Shown in pieces: positions 1 to 12,598 of a stretch of DNA of 64,000 nucleotides. Below the pieces are notes generated by a model, which was not told where the DNA came from, searched no databases, and saw nothing but the letters and a program-made list of their open reading frames with translations. Source of the DNA: Diplonema japonicum. Its lineage: Eukaryota; Protista; Euglenozoa: Diplonemea. Positions within the stretch are counted from its first letter, which is position 1. Each line of letters begins with the position of its first letter. Where the stretch lies: assembly GCA_964019335.1 (NCBI GenBank), contig OZ025679.1, positions 372,001 through 436,000 on the forward strand, given 5' to 3'. The translations under genes were made by a program, and so were the position numbers.

Positions 1-507
1 CTCTTTTCTTCTTCTGTCTTACTCCCCCCCCCCCCCCCCACCTTGATGTTCTTTTTTTTTTGCAACTTCAAAACAAAAGTGCGCGCTGTTGCAAAACCCT
101 GTGTTTGTATTTTCCCCTTTTTGATGAAGTTGGCAGGCATTATTCTTCCCCCCTTCCCACTTTTTTTTTTTTGAGTTACATAGTATCTTTAGTTGCCTTA
201 GTTACAAGAGACAACTACGAAAAAAAAAAAAAAAAAAATGTTTGCGGATTTTTATATTATGACCAACAGCACCACATGACTTCGGGGTTTCCCCCCAGAA
301 AAAAAAAAAAAAAAAAAAGAACATGCCCCAACCATTTGCTTGATTGCCCTTTTTTTTTTTGTGTGTTTTCTTCTTTTTTTTTTTTTTTTTTTGTATGACA
401 GCACCCCTGGAGGAGTTATTCGCGCACACTGTGATCCAAAAAAATGACCCAATTCACAAATTCCAATAGGAAGTGTGCATGGGGAAGGGGGAGGTGGAAA
501 AAAAAAT

Positions 508-1974
508 ATGGAAGTACCACCCGACAACCTGAAAATAAGTGGAAACATCAAATTCTACAGTGAAGGCACGATCCAAAGCGAGAAAGCCGCAGAAGGGACA
601 CTAGCAATCACACAAGGCGACATAAAGGGGAGCATCACCGTGGGAGATGAAACGGGGGAGGTTATCGGAAGGGTATCTGGGGGGGTGTACATTGTCACAC
701 TGTGCATAAAAACCCTTATGGACGAAGAACTAAAAGGCAGCATGCAGGAGTCCCTGCTTGTCCTGACGAGCGACGACAACAGCATAATCTGCGATTTTGA
801 AATTTACTCAGAGGACAGTTCCTCTCCCTGTTCACCCTCAGAAGGCCGTGCTTTTGAAAACACATACTCTGACGTTCGAAACGTCCTGTCAAAAGCTGGT
901 ATCGAACAACGCGATCTGCCAACGGTAGCTGACGAGCTTGAGAAAAAAGGGATCACCACAGCGTCGGAGCTTTCTTCTGTCTCGGCGAGATCGCTTCGCG
1001 AATCAGGTGTTCCTTTAAAAGACTCCGGATCTGTCCTCGCCCACGCCGAGGTCGCCGCCAAGCAGCAGGAGAACAAACCCGACAAAATAAAACCCCTGCA
1101 AAAAAAAGTCCTTGGTGTTTTCGAAAAATACCACGTTGTCAAACTAGCGTCCGCGTACTACCGAAAATTCAGCGCTTTCCGATATGTGAAGGGGAGGTCT
1201 TCGTCAACTGGGTACGATTTGCAGCAAAGGTTAGCATTCGTAGAATCTCAACGGGATGGGATCCTCAACAAGATTGCCGAGGATGGTCGAAGTGTGGGTG
1301 AAACCGAACGCATGCAAGCCGCGCTGCAACGCGAACTCGCCCTCAGAGAAAGCAAGGTTAAAGAGCAAGAATCCGATCGGAAAAAGCTCCAAAGAAAAGC
1401 CGACATATTATCCAGCAGAGTCGACGGCCTGAAAACCGAAAACCAGGCTTTAAGCAACAGGGTCGAAACGCTTCAAATGCAGTTGCTGCGCAAACAGCAA
1501 TGTGAGAAATCGGTTTTAATTGCTTCAAAAACACCCTCGCCACGACGAGAGGGGAGCAGGGAACCCGAATACAGACCGCAGGTTCTAAAGCCGATCGAAT
1601 GCCCTGTTTTGAAGACACCCTCTCCTGCTAAGAATACAACAGCGCTTTCAAAAGGGAAGAAAGCCGATTCTTCTTTTGTTGCATTGAGACTGATCCACTG
1701 TAAGATACTCCGGTTATACCCCACCGTCCCGGCTGCCTTTTCCAAAGTTCCCTCTGATAGTAGCGGGCTTGTTAAAGTATCTTCTTTGAGAGCTCTGTTT
1801 ACTTCTCTGAGCATTCTCCATCTTCTCCCCCACGTCCTGAAGAAGGCCCCTGAAGAAGGAAAGGGTCTGTACCCTCTCTCCGCTATCGTCGATACTATTG
1901 CTTCCGGGGCACCACCATCAGCGCCACAACGTAGAAGTCACAGCAAGGAAAAGGAAGAGAGTTTTAAACTGTAA
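508..1974 (+). CDS. Hypothetical protein with coiled coil and possible SAM-like helical domain
   Basis: Long ORF; ATG at 508 follows an A-tract (MEVPPDNL...); heptad region RMQAALQRELALRESKVKEQ...; no clear family. Confidence 0.7.
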   Translation: MEVPPDNLKISGNIKFYSEGTIQSEKAAEGTLAITQGDIKGSITVGDETGEVIGRVSGGVYIVTLCIKTLMDEELKGSMQESLLVLTSDDNSIICDFEIYSEDSSSPCSPSEGRAFENTYSDVRNVLSKAGIEQRDLPTVADELEKKGITTASELSSVSARSLRESGVPLKDSGSVLAHAEVAAKQQENKPDKIKPLQKKVLGVFEKYHVVKLASAYYRKFSAFRYVKGRSSSTGYDLQQRLAFVESQRDGILNKIAEDGRSVGETERMQAALQRELALRESKVKEQESDRKKLQRKADILSSRVDGLKTENQALSNRVETLQMQLLRKQQCEKSVLIASKTPSPRREGSREPEYRPQVLKPIECPVLKTPSPAKNTTALSKGKKADSSFVALRLIHCKILRLYPTVPAAFSKVPSDSSGLVKVSSLRALFTSLSILHLLPHVLKKAPEEGKGLYPLSAIVDTIASGAPPSAPQRRSHSKEKEESFKL

Positions 1975-2372
1975 AGAATCGGTGGTGTATTTTTTTTTTT
2001 TTGTATCTTTTGTAATTTATTTGAGAGAACTCTATAAGGGGTGTGAAACGTGCAGGAGGCCCTGTTGGAAGTAGATAGCACGCACGTGCCTGTCACCCTA
2101 CAAAAAAAAAAAAAAAGAGAATAAGAAAAGTTGGAATTTTTTTTTGTCCCCACCCCTTGTTTTTTTTTTTTCCCCCTCATTTTTTTTTTCTCTTGTCTTT
2201 TCTTTTTCTTTCCCATATTTGTTTCCATGTTTTCCTTCCCCCCCGCCCTTCTCCCACTGTAGTTTTTTTTTTTTTTTTTTTTTCCCCTTCTTTTTATATT
2301 TTTCTTCATTGTTCATATATATTTTTTCGAATAAAAGGAAAAAAGACGGAATAACAGGGAAACGCTCCCCAC

Positions 2373-3224
2373 ATGGCGAAGCTAGACGAGATGGACCCCC
2401 GATGGGTGGTGGAGGAAAGGAAAGACGGAGCGAACGTTGGGGGCTGGCATTGGTCTGAAAAAGACATCAGCAACGAATCACGGGCACTGTTCAAAAAGAT
2501 GTTGGGAGCCGGACCGCTCTACAAACAGGAGAACGTGAGGCTGGGTTTGCTGGAGGTGCGAAAGGTTGAGGGCGAAGCCATCGCGCTGAACAGGAAAGGG
2601 AAAAGGGGCGCCTTCTTCGACTTCGACTTCACCCTCGAATGGCACGGAGAAATACAAGACCCCTACGGATACGAAAGCACAGAGGCAAACGGGACACTTA
2701 CTGGCAATGTTGACCAGGACTGTTTAAAAGACTGTGAAATTGAGGTAAGCTTGGAGTCTCTTGAGTCAAGCGGCGGTAAGGCTTTACAACGTTGCATGCA
2801 AGCACATGGCATCACTGCTGTGCGGTCTTTGATGGCACATTTCTTTGCAGAGCTTCGTGCAAAATACGACCCAACAGCCGCTGCTGAAATCGCCTCACAG
2901 CTCGCTGAAAAGAAAAATCGACAGCAACATGCCGAACACATTCACGACACACGTCGCATTGAAGAGGAAGAGGCCTTCATGCGGGATCTCCAAGATACTA
3001 ACGGTTTCAAGGATGACGCATGTCGGCCTGATGCGGTGTTGAGCCGTGAGGAAGAGACGGAGCTGCAGAATGAGTTATCACGTCAGCGTCTCGAAAAACA
3101 CCGGGAGGAGGAGGAAGAAGAGAGAAGGAGGCGGAAAGAGAAGCGGAGGATCGCCGCGAAAAAAACCGAGAGCAACAAAAGAGAAAAAACGGACGAGGAG
3201 CTGCTTGCGTTTTTAGAGGAGTAA
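2373..3224 (+). CDS. Activator of Hsp90 ATPase, Aha1 N-terminal domain protein with charged tail
   Basis: DPRWVVEERKDGANVGGWHWSEKD and VEGEAIALNRKGK match Aha1_N motifs (RWIVEER..NVNNWHW.E; NRKGK); no C-terminal START-like domain. Confidence 0.88.
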   Translation: MAKLDEMDPRWVVEERKDGANVGGWHWSEKDISNESRALFKKMLGAGPLYKQENVRLGLLEVRKVEGEAIALNRKGKRGAFFDFDFTLEWHGEIQDPYGYESTEANGTLTGNVDQDCLKDCEIEVSLESLESSGGKALQRCMQAHGITAVRSLMAHFFAELRAKYDPTAAAEIASQLAEKKNRQQHAEHIHDTRRIEEEEAFMRDLQDTNGFKDDACRPDAVLSREEETELQNELSRQRLEKHREEEEEERRRRKEKRRIAAKKTESNKREKTDEELLAFLEE

Positions 3225-3381
3225 AAAAAAAAAGAATCACCCCCCCCCCCCCCTCCCACCTCTTTTAAATTAAAGTTTAGTTTTTTTTTTATAGTTTTTT
3301 TTTTGCTTTTTATTTCTTGACAAACGGGGAGAAGGAAAAAAAAGGAAAAGAAAAGGGAGAAAAGGAAAAAAAAAAAAAATA

Positions 3382-4236
3382 ATGGAGCACGTTGCGTACT
3401 ACGAGCAGTGCATGGCAGGCTTGGGCTTCGCGTTCAAGGTAGAATGGGGTGGTGAGGCCGTCGGGCGGCGGGGCATTGCAGTGCAGGACATTGAAATCGG
3501 AGAGGAATTAATACTGGAGGCACCTCTGGTGGTGTGGCCCCACAAAAAGCCCGTGGAAGGCGTGTGCGAGACGTGCTTCAAGATGACAGAGACCTGCAAC
3601 TGCACGGAGAATGCCACCAGCTGGATGCAATACTTTACTCCCGAGAACATCAATGAAGCACGAAAATGGCAAGCCACCAAAGACCCCGCAAATGTCACCC
3701 TTGAGGCAGTCGGGCGGTCCATCGCACGAATAGCTGCCAGCGTTGCAGTCGTGCTGTCCAAAGACTCTACAGTAGGGCTACCCGAAGCAGTCCGACAAGC
3801 ATCGTATCCTTTCGCACGACTGGCCATACCGCAGGACCCTCTGGGGGAGTGGACTGCGGTGTATATGGAAAAGCTCACGACATTGCTGACTTTACCTGAA
3901 ACCTTGCATCCTGAGCTTTTTTCGTCCGATCTTATCAATGTTATCATAGGCGGTCTCGCCTTGAACGCCCACACCATCACCCTCCCCAAGGGGGGTGCGG
4001 GGAGTGGGGTATACGTTCTCACCGCAAACCTTAACCACAACTGCAGCCCCACGGCCCGGGTGGATATGGATGGGAAAACTGTGGACGTGGCGGTGAAGGC
4101 GAACAGGAAAATTGCGTCGGGTGAAGAGATCTCACTGTCGTACGCACCGCAAGGCCTGAGCCTCGCAGCACGGAGGGAACGGCTGCAGAAATACGGGTTC
4201 TCATGCGTGTGCAAAAAATGCAAAGACGAATCATAG
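3382..4236 (+). CDS. SMYD-like SET-domain lysine methyltransferase
   Basis: GRRGIAVQDIEIGEELILEAP, LNHNCSP, GEEISLSY and post-SET YGFSCVCKKC. Confidence 0.9.
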   Translation: MEHVAYYEQCMAGLGFAFKVEWGGEAVGRRGIAVQDIEIGEELILEAPLVVWPHKKPVEGVCETCFKMTETCNCTENATSWMQYFTPENINEARKWQATKDPANVTLEAVGRSIARIAASVAVVLSKDSTVGLPEAVRQASYPFARLAIPQDPLGEWTAVYMEKLTTLLTLPETLHPELFSSDLINVIIGGLALNAHTITLPKGGAGSGVYVLTANLNHNCSPTARVDMDGKTVDVAVKANRKIASGEEISLSYAPQGLSLAARRERLQKYGFSCVCKKCKDES

Positions 4237-4356
4237 AAAACAAAAAAAGAAGAAACGCCCCCCCCCTTTTTTTTTCTTGTTGTTGTTTTCCTTTTCCATT
4301 CTAATTCACACCGAAAAAAAAAGACACTGGGGTGGGAGGGGAAAAAAAAAAAAAAA

Positions 4357-5358
4357 ATGTTCCCAAATGACGTATGGCGTCTCATATTGACATACGTGAA
4401 TTCACACAATACCCTGTGCAGCATGTGTATGGTGTGCTGGCAGGTCAATCCTTTGGCGTGTGAGGACGACCTATGGGAGGAGTGGTGCAGGAGAAACCTG
4501 TTGACCAAAGAGGAATACGAGCAGCGGAAAACAGAGATAGCCCACGGGATGTCACCGTGGAGGAACTGGAAGACAACATTTGCGGTGAAGGCGCAGGCGA
4601 AGACGATGGAGAACGTTGTTTCTTTTATCCACACAACGTTAATGAGCAAGGGGAGCAGGGTGGACCCAAAACCGTTGTCCAGGCTTATCAATCTTGATTT
4701 GTCCAAAGCGTGCATAGGACCGGACGGTGCGAAGATTCTTGGTGTTGCGTTGGTTGGGAACAGAACCCTGGAGAGGCTGGACCTTTCCAACCAAATGATG
4801 AAGGAAGGTTTTGGAAGGGTTGTTGATGCATTGGTGACGATGCCCAAGTTCGGCAGTATAAATCTCGCCTCCAACCGGCTTGGGCTTGACGGCGCTCAGT
4901 CCGTTCGAAGAATGCTGCTGAGCAGTACTTTGCGAAGGATCGATCTTCAGAATAATTTTTTCGGCCCATCCGGGGCAGCCCTGATCGCAGACGGTATCAA
5001 AAAGAAGAAACCGCCGTTTCATCTCAACATGGACTACAACCAAATTCTCGATACTGGATTTCAAACACTTCTCTTAAAAGCCCCTTACCTCTCGTCTCTC
5101 TCTGTGAAGGATAACAGTGTGACAGCTGCGTCTGTTAGCCTCGCCTCGGAATTCTTGAAAGACGCACCTGGGTATTTTGAATACCTTGACCTGAGCAACA
5201 CCCCTGGGCACCACGATAAGCGATCTGCAAACAAGTTCAAAACAACCCACAGAAAAACGCTGAAAGGGAGTGCCGCTTCCAGAGCAAAAAAGCCGGTTGC
5301 GTTGCTTCTCGGAGAACCTGCCTCCAAAACTGAAAAGAGCGGGTGTCGATGCATGTGA
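4357..5358 (+). CDS. F-box + RNI-like leucine-rich repeat protein with C-terminal CaaX-like motif
   Basis: N-terminal F-box (FPNDVWRLILTYV...VCWQV...DDLWEEWC); LRRs LxxLDLSxN; ends GCRCM*. Confidence 0.85.
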   Translation: MFPNDVWRLILTYVNSHNTLCSMCMVCWQVNPLACEDDLWEEWCRRNLLTKEEYEQRKTEIAHGMSPWRNWKTTFAVKAQAKTMENVVSFIHTTLMSKGSRVDPKPLSRLINLDLSKACIGPDGAKILGVALVGNRTLERLDLSNQMMKEGFGRVVDALVTMPKFGSINLASNRLGLDGAQSVRRMLLSSTLRRIDLQNNFFGPSGAALIADGIKKKKPPFHLNMDYNQILDTGFQTLLLKAPYLSSLSVKDNSVTAASVSLASEFLKDAPGYFEYLDLSNTPGHHDKRSANKFKTTHRKTLKGSAASRAKKPVALLLGEPASKTEKSGCRCM

Positions 5359-5764
5359 TGAAGGGGAAATAATTTTCTATAAAAAAAAAAAAAAAAGAAA
5401 TTCTCCGTAAAATCTTGCCTCTTTCCTTCTTCTTTTTTTTTATTGCTTTATCAGAAATTGCAACAAAAAAAAAAAGAAAAATACAAACACACACACACAG
5501 GGCGGGAGGGAGGGAGGAGAGAGAAGGGGGGAGGGGAGGGAGAAGAAGAAAAAAAAAAAGCAGGAAAAAAAAAGGGGGAAGAGTTAAAAACAACGAAGAC
5601 ATGGGCAGGTAACATCATAACAAACCTGTCTTTAAAAAAAAAAAAAAAAAAACGAAAAAAAATAAATTTCCCGCTTCCCCTCCCCCCCCCTTCACCGCCC
5701 GTACTCCTCCGCCAAGATTGAGTTCACGGAGTTAGAGAAGGAAGACGGTGGAGAGGCTGCAACC

Positions 5765-8700
5765 ATGCGTAATGGGGATATGGGTGGTGGAGGAGAGGAA
5801 CAACAAAGGTCATGCGAGGCCAGTGTGGACGGTGCAAATCCTAAAATAGATGTTATCGATAAAAGCATCGATCTTGCTGCTGTATCATCCCTCCCAGGGC
5901 CGGAGGTAAAGTCGCTGTTCATTCTGTCTGTAGAAAACCCCATCAGAGCAACTTGCATCCAAATATACACGCACGCAAAATTTGCGGAGGTGATATTAGT
6001 TGTCATATTGTTGAACTCAATCTTAATGCTTGTCACGTACACCGCACCTTGCGACCAGAAACATCCTTGTTTACAAGAAGTCGCAAAGTGGATCGACCTA
6101 ATATTCACCGTGTGCTTCGCATTTGAAATGATCGTTAAGGTTGTTGCGTTGGGGTTTATTCTGCATACACAGTCGTACCTGAGGAACGGTTGGAACGTTC
6201 TAGATTTCATAACGGTGGTGGCGTCAATTGTAAGTTTGACCGGCGCGGGCAGCAACGTGTCTGTGTTACGGTTACTGCGCATTCTCCGCCCGCTTAGAAC
6301 GATGAGTAAAGTCGCAGGTTTGCGGAATTTGATGGGCGCGCTCTTCGCGGCGGTGCCGGAGATTCGCGACAATGTTATTTTAATCATCTTCCTCGTCATC
6401 ATTTTCGCAATTCTCGGGGTGCAGCTCTTCGGCGGTGCTTTCCGTAAAAGATGCTACGTGACTGACATGAATAATGACAACCTTTCCCCTTCCCTCCTCG
6501 CAACATCGTCTTCCCTTTGCGGAGGCAGTTATTCGTGCCCTTCGGACCCTAATAATATGTCCGTGGCGTGCATGACCCTGCATCCCCCCCGAGACCCGCT
6601 CTCCTTCGACGACCTTGGTGTCGCCATGCTTCTCGTCTTCAAGGTGTTCTCAGGCGATGACTGGCCTGAAGATATGATTAACGTCATGAACGCTGTTTCT
6701 TCTCAAGCATGGATCTACTTCTTCATGTGCATCATGGTTGGAGGGTTGTTCGCGACGAACCTGTTCCTCGCCGTTCTCATCAACGCATACTACACGAACG
6801 CGAAACGAGCAGAGGACACCAACGAGGACACGCAGGAACGGGCCAAGGCTGCGTGGTTCCGCTTGCTCCCGCACCCTGAACGCGAGGCGCGGGCGGGATC
6901 CGTTGTAAGTGGGTTGCAGGTCATGGCGAAATCAATGCCAGCATCAGCGTTCAACGCAGAGAGGCGATCATCAGTGACAGAGAGCAGCGAAAGCGACGAC
7001 ACCAAAAAAGTATACATGAAGATTCCCAAACCAGCAGCCGCATTTCAAAACAACAAATGCGACAGCGGCAACGAGGTTGTGAGGAAAAATAAAATCCCGG
7101 TGGTTGGGTTTGTGGGAGAGGAACCGCGGGACAACACGGAATCAGCAGTCACAGTGGGACCCGAAGAATCGGACGCCGACGAATCCGAGCCCCTGCCTGA
7201 CTCGGCATCCATGCTGGATAAGTCAAGGGCTCATGTCAAAGGGTTTGTGTTGAATATTTATGTCGAGCGCTTTGTGTTGATCGTGACTGCTATCAACGTC
7301 CTCGCGCTTGCCATCGACCATCACAACATCAACAAAACGCTTTTGTACGTGTTGGAAATCGTGGGCATCATATGCCTGACCATCTTTGCCACCGAGATCA
7401 CCTTGAAAATCTTCGCCCTGGGCCCCATCACCTGCCTCAAGGACAAGTACAACGCGTTCGACGCGTTCCTCGTGGCAATTTCCCTCCCCGATCTTGCGAC
7501 GGGTGGGTCTTCTGCCTTTTCCGCATTCCGTGCTTTCCGTATGATGAGAGCGCTTCGATTTATTAAAAGATGGCCGTCCGTCCATAATCTGTTGAAAGCG
7601 CTTGTCGGCTGCCTCAACGAAGGGATGTACGTGGCGTTGCTGTTGTTACTTCAGATTTTCATCTTTTCTATTCTTGGAATGCAGCTGTTTGAGGACAGGT
7701 ATCCTGAGGACTACCGGGCGAACTTCAACAGCATGTGGGAAGCATCGCTGACCTGCTTTGTTGTGATAACAGGCGATGCGTGGGCGAACGTCATGAAAGA
7801 AGGCATCATTGCGACCAACGGGGTGGCCGCTGTGTACTTCCTGCTACTGTTTTTGGTAGGAAACTATGTTTTGGTGAACGTGGTGGTTGCTGTCATTCTT
7901 GACAAGCTAGACGATAACATCGGTTCGGACGAACCCGAGGATGATGCCCCATGGCTAGACGAGGAGAGCGAGGGAGGGAGAGCGGAAGCTGTCGCGGCCG
8001 CAGAGTCGCAACTTGCAATAACAGAACAATCGAGCGTTATTTCACCAAACCCCGGTGCAAAGAAATCATTGTTCAATGATGAAGACGAGGAGCCGACATC
8101 ATTGTTGGCGTGCTTGTGCAAGATCAACGACCTGACCATTACAGGAAATTCCCTAGGATGCCTGGGCCCGGAGAATCCTCTTCGAGCAGCTTTGGCCAAA
8201 ATGGTGTTCAGCAACATATTTGATTTTTTTATCGCAGGCGCCATTGCTGTCAATATTGTGTTCCTCTCTATGGAGTCGCCGAACAATAGTGACAAGCTGC
8301 AGCATATACTTGACATCACGAACTATGTGTTCACCTCGTTGTTTTTCATGGAAATGGTCGTTAAGATCATAGTCCTTGGTCTCTGGTTGCCCCGCCCGCC
8401 GTACGAACCCGACCAGGCAGCGCCTTACCTTCGCGATCCATGGAACCGCGTTGATGTTGTTGTGGTGCTTCTCGCTGTAGTTGGACTGGTTTACAAACCG
8501 ATGTCTGCGTTCAGGTCACTCCGCACGCTTAGGCTCGTCATTCGGTCAGCGCAGCTTCGTTTGGTCATCGCCGCCATGCTGAGCACCCTGCCGAGCATTA
8601 CACAGGGTTTAGTTGTCTGCGGGTTTATGTATGTGTTTGCAGGAAGAAAAAAAAAAAGAAAAATAAATTATAACACAAATTTTGTAGTTGGTTCGTGTTC

Positions 8701-10584
8701 GGGATTCTTGGGACGCAGCTCTTCAAGGGAACTTTTTACTATTGCACGGACTCTGACGTGGAGTACCAGACGGATTGTAACGGAACCTATAACCTGACGG
8801 ATCCCGGGGCGACCAATGGGAGCATATTCGTAGAAAGGGCGTGGAAGCGGGAGAACGACCACTTCGACAATGTTTTCTCATCAATGTACACCTTGTTCGC
8901 CGTGGCTGTTGGAGAAGGCTGGGCGAGCATCATGTATAGAGGGGTCGACGCAACCAAGCCAGGAAGAGGCCCGGTGAAGAACCACAACCCATTGGCGGCG
9001 CTGTTCTTCGTGGTGTTCCACGTGGTGGGAAATTTCTTCTGCGTGAACCTGATCGTGGGTATCTTGATCAACAACTTCACGGAGAACCGGAAGAGGATGT
9101 CGGCGAATGATAGTCTGTCAGAGCGACAGAGGAAATACGTGGAGACGGAGGTGATTGTAGGGTCGAAGCTGGTGTCTTTTAGAGAACCTCCGCCTGAAGG
9201 TTACGTGAGAAAGATGGTCTTCATCACGGCGACGCACTGCTACTTCGAGCACTGTGTCACAACTGTTATTATTGTCAACATGGTGATCCTTGCCACTATA
9301 CACCACGGGCAGAGTGATGACTGGTCACGCTCGCAGGACATCGGAAATTATTTCTGCACGTCGTTCTTCACTGTGGAAGCGTTGGTGAAAATAGTAGGGT
9401 TCGGTCCCGTAGCCTACTCCAAGGAGAACTGGAACCGATTCGACTTCATCATCGTCACCCTGTCGCTTGTGGGGCTTCTTCTTCCCGACGCGGGTGGTAT
9501 GATAAAATAAAAAAATATAAAAGGAAAAAAAAAAAAAAAAAAACTAAAGGAATTTCTGCTGTTCGTGTACTTCGAGTCGGGAGGCTGTTCCGATTGGTGC
9601 ACGCTGCGAAGGGTTTGCAGAAGCTGTTCAACACTATGTTCGAAGGGGAGAATCTCGCGTATTTCGCGAATGTTGGGGTGTTGTGCGTTGCATGCTTCTT
9701 CATGTTCGGTGTAGCAGGTGTGAATATGTTCGGAAGCCTGGAGAGGACCAATGGGTTGGACCACAACCTGAACTTCGAAACTGTGCCCAACGCCATGCTG
9801 ACGTTGTTCGCCATCAGCACTACTGAAGGATGGCTGGACGTGAGGAATGGCCTCACCAACGTCGACGACTGCGGGAATGAAGGACAAGGCAGCTGCGGGT
9901 CAAGGTACGCCACAATATACATGCTCAGCTTCATGATTGTTGGAAGCTTCATGATGCTAAATTTGTTTGCTGCTGTAGTTGTCGAGCTTTTCGAAGCACA
10001 GGAAGCACAAGAAAAACGAGCACAGGAGGTGGCGGCACTAATGGAGCTCAAGGAAAGATGGGAACGCATCTTCGGGAATAAAACACTCGTTCCTTGCTCC
10101 TCGTTTGTTACAGCTCTTTTTCTCGGCGATCTGTTCCCTGCAAGGCTGAAGAGGGTCCCGCAGCTGCCCCGCCCTGAAGACGAAATGGAGTCTTTGAACA
10201 TTGCTTGCATTACATTGGGAACGAAACCTTCTGTGGAAATCGTATGTGGGGGGAGGTTTTTTTTTTTTTTTTTTTTTTATTAATTATTTTTATTATTAGA
10301 TGCTTGCTTACCTTATTGCCCTGTCGTTGCCCATTGTCATAAATGATGGTGCTGCTATGTTGAGCTATTTCGATTTGGTCCAGTGCTGCATGGCGAAGGT
10401 TTTCTTGATACAGGTGTTAGGGGAGAAAAAAAAAAAAGAAAAAAAAAAAAAAAAAAAAAGTCAATCGATTTGAAGCATTTGAGTGAGCGGGGACTGCTTC
10501 CAAAAGGGTACCCAAGGTCAAGCAGGCGTCTTGGTCACTGGTTCGCAGGAATGCTGTGGTCAAAACGAGACTGGGTGGTGTGTG

Positions 10585-10644
<60 letters not shown>

Positions 10645-10703
10645 AAAAGGATCACGAAACCCGGAGAATTATCTTGAGCTTGGAAGAAGATACCCAAACT
10701 TGA
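5765..10703 (+). CDS. Four-domain voltage-gated cation channel alpha subunit (Cav/Nav family), 6 exons
   Basis: Four S1-S6 repeats with S4 RxxRxxR, WNxxDF motifs and pore loops SGDDW/TGDAW/VGEGW/TTEGW; GT-AG introns 8629-8687, 9497-9549, 10242-10299, 10414-10460, 10578-10649 give one continuous frame. Confidence 0.92.
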
Positions 10704-11521
10704 AATGAGTGGGGGGGCGTGGGAAGCCGCGGCAAAACAAATTGGTTACTTTATTCATCAGGTCAAATAAAAATATTTCCCCTCCTCCCTTTCTTCAACG
10801 GAAAAAAAGAAACCGGTTTCTTTCCAGGGATCACTTCATTTTTCTTTTTTATAGTTTGAAGAAAAGAGGGAGGAAAGAAAAAAAAGAAGAAAAAAAAAAA
10901 AAGAAAAAAAAAAAAAAAAAAGCCAAAAGAAGGTGACTCCCCCCCATTTGCCTTTGCCCCTTTTTTTCGTCTTGTTTTTTTTTTCGTTTTTTTTTTCCCC
11001 CATCTTATTTTTGCTTCCCCTTTCTCTCTCTCTCTCTCTCTTCCTCTTCTCTTAAAGAAATTGTTTTCCAGCAGACACCCACGCTAGATGCTTGTTTTTG
11101 CGTGCAATCTTTTTTTTCTTCTTCTTTAATATTTTTTTTTTTTTTCGTCTCTTGTTGCTCCTTCCCCTTGTGTTTTAAAAAAAAAAAAAATGGGAAAGAA
11201 AAAAGCAGCTTTTTCTTTTTGGATCCAATTTACATTTTTTCCTTAGATACTCACTTTTTTCTTGAGGGGTTGTGACCAATCAAAAAGAAAAAACACCTTT
11301 TTTTTTTTTTTTTTTCCCACCTATTCTTTCCCCCCCCTTTTTTTTTTACTCTTCTACCCTTCCTCCCTTTTTTTTTTTTTTTACCTCCACCCTTCATATT
11401 TCCCCTCCCACTTTTTTTTTTCCATTCCCCCCCCTCGATCTGTATTCGGGGAAAAAAAAAAAAAAAAAAAAAAAAAAATCCAAGGATCCATCCCCCCATC
11501 CAACAACCCCTCAATGAAAAC

Positions 11522-12598
11522 ATGTTGCGCCCAACTAACCCGATATTTCTCGAATGCAGATTTGTCGTGAAAAAAAGACTTCTCGCTGAGAAGCAAGAAG
11601 TACACAAGGAAAGGCAAAACGTAGAGGCAATGAGAAGAATAGTACGCACGAGCACCACCGACTACCAAAGGATCCGGCAGGGGAAGGCAAAGATTTTCGA
11701 AGAGCTGGCCAGGGTGAGGGAAGAAAACCCCGTCTCAGCGAAAATATACCACGAGGCAGTGCAAGGGCTGTCAAAATGGGGCGCGCACAGCTTAATAAAA
11801 GACATCCTGAACACAATGAAACATGAAGGAATCGATCCGTTACACGAGACCTACGCTGCAGCGTTAAAATGTTATTCGCAAAAATTTTCAACCCAACCCA
11901 ATTTATTCGACGAACTATGGAACAACCTGCCTGAAGAAAGTATCCGTGACCCGTCTCTTTGGGCGTTCCGGATATGGACCCGAGGAGAATCTGTGCTGCA
12001 AGACATGTCTGATCAAAGCATTGAGCTGAACTCTAACTGTTATGCGTCGCTCCTCCACAAAATGGACCCGGACTCAGCGTTGAAGTACTACAACGATGTT
12101 ATTCCAAAAGATTTTCAAACTGGTTTTGTAGCGTATGCTGCTTTGAAGAAACACGCTGATGCAGGGGATTATGAAAAAGTTTGCGATAAAAAAAACACAC
12201 TCTCAGGGATACCCCAGCTTAAATGGTACAAACTTCGTCTCAAGGCGTTGCAAGAACGTTGTGACTGGGACACCTCAATGGAAGTGGCAAAGGAGCTGGA
12301 GGGGAAAGGCGTTTTGTTGGACTCCGAGGCATACTCCATCCTCCTTGAGACCATACGGCAAAATTGTGCTTCTGGAGGGAACGTGAAGACATGGGTCCTT
12401 CGTGCTGAGGCGCTAATATCTCACTCTGAAGGTAATGGGGCCGTCACCCCTTCCTTGTACTACCGATTGCTGACGCTGTATGAGGAGCACGGGCTTGTTG
12501 AATCGAAACAAAAATTGTTGGATAAAATGTCCCTCGCGGGGCTGCGAACTGCAAAAATGCAACCGAGCATCGACCACCACGGTGTAACGTTTGCTTAA
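11522..12598 (+). CDS. Pentatricopeptide-repeat-like protein, probably mitochondrial
   Basis: PPR-like helices (ILNTMKHEGIDPLHETYAAAL; LEGKGVLLDSEAYSILL); MLR... start resembles a presequence. Confidence 0.65.
   Translation: MLRPTNPIFLECRFVVKKRLLAEKQEVHKERQNVEAMRRIVRTSTTDYQRIRQGKAKIFEELARVREENPVSAKIYHEAVQGLSKWGAHSLIKDILNTMKHEGIDPLHETYAAALKCYSQKFSTQPNLFDELWNNLPEESIRDPSLWAFRIWTRGESVLQDMSDQSIELNSNCYASLLHKMDPDSALKYYNDVIPKDFQTGFVAYAALKKHADAGDYEKVCDKKNTLSGIPQLKWYKLRLKALQERCDWDTSMEVAKELEGKGVLLDSEAYSILLETIRQNCASGGNVKTWVLRAEALISHSEGNGAVTPSLYYRLLTLYEEHGLVESKQKLLDKMSLAGLRTAKMQPSIDHHGVTFA

Noticed and set aside
3399-4874. 491-aa minus-strand ORF and other long antisense ORFs (e.g. 59624-60460, 61526-62446)
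   Set aside because: Shadows of well-supported + strand genes; no recognisable domains; some cross homopolymer spacers
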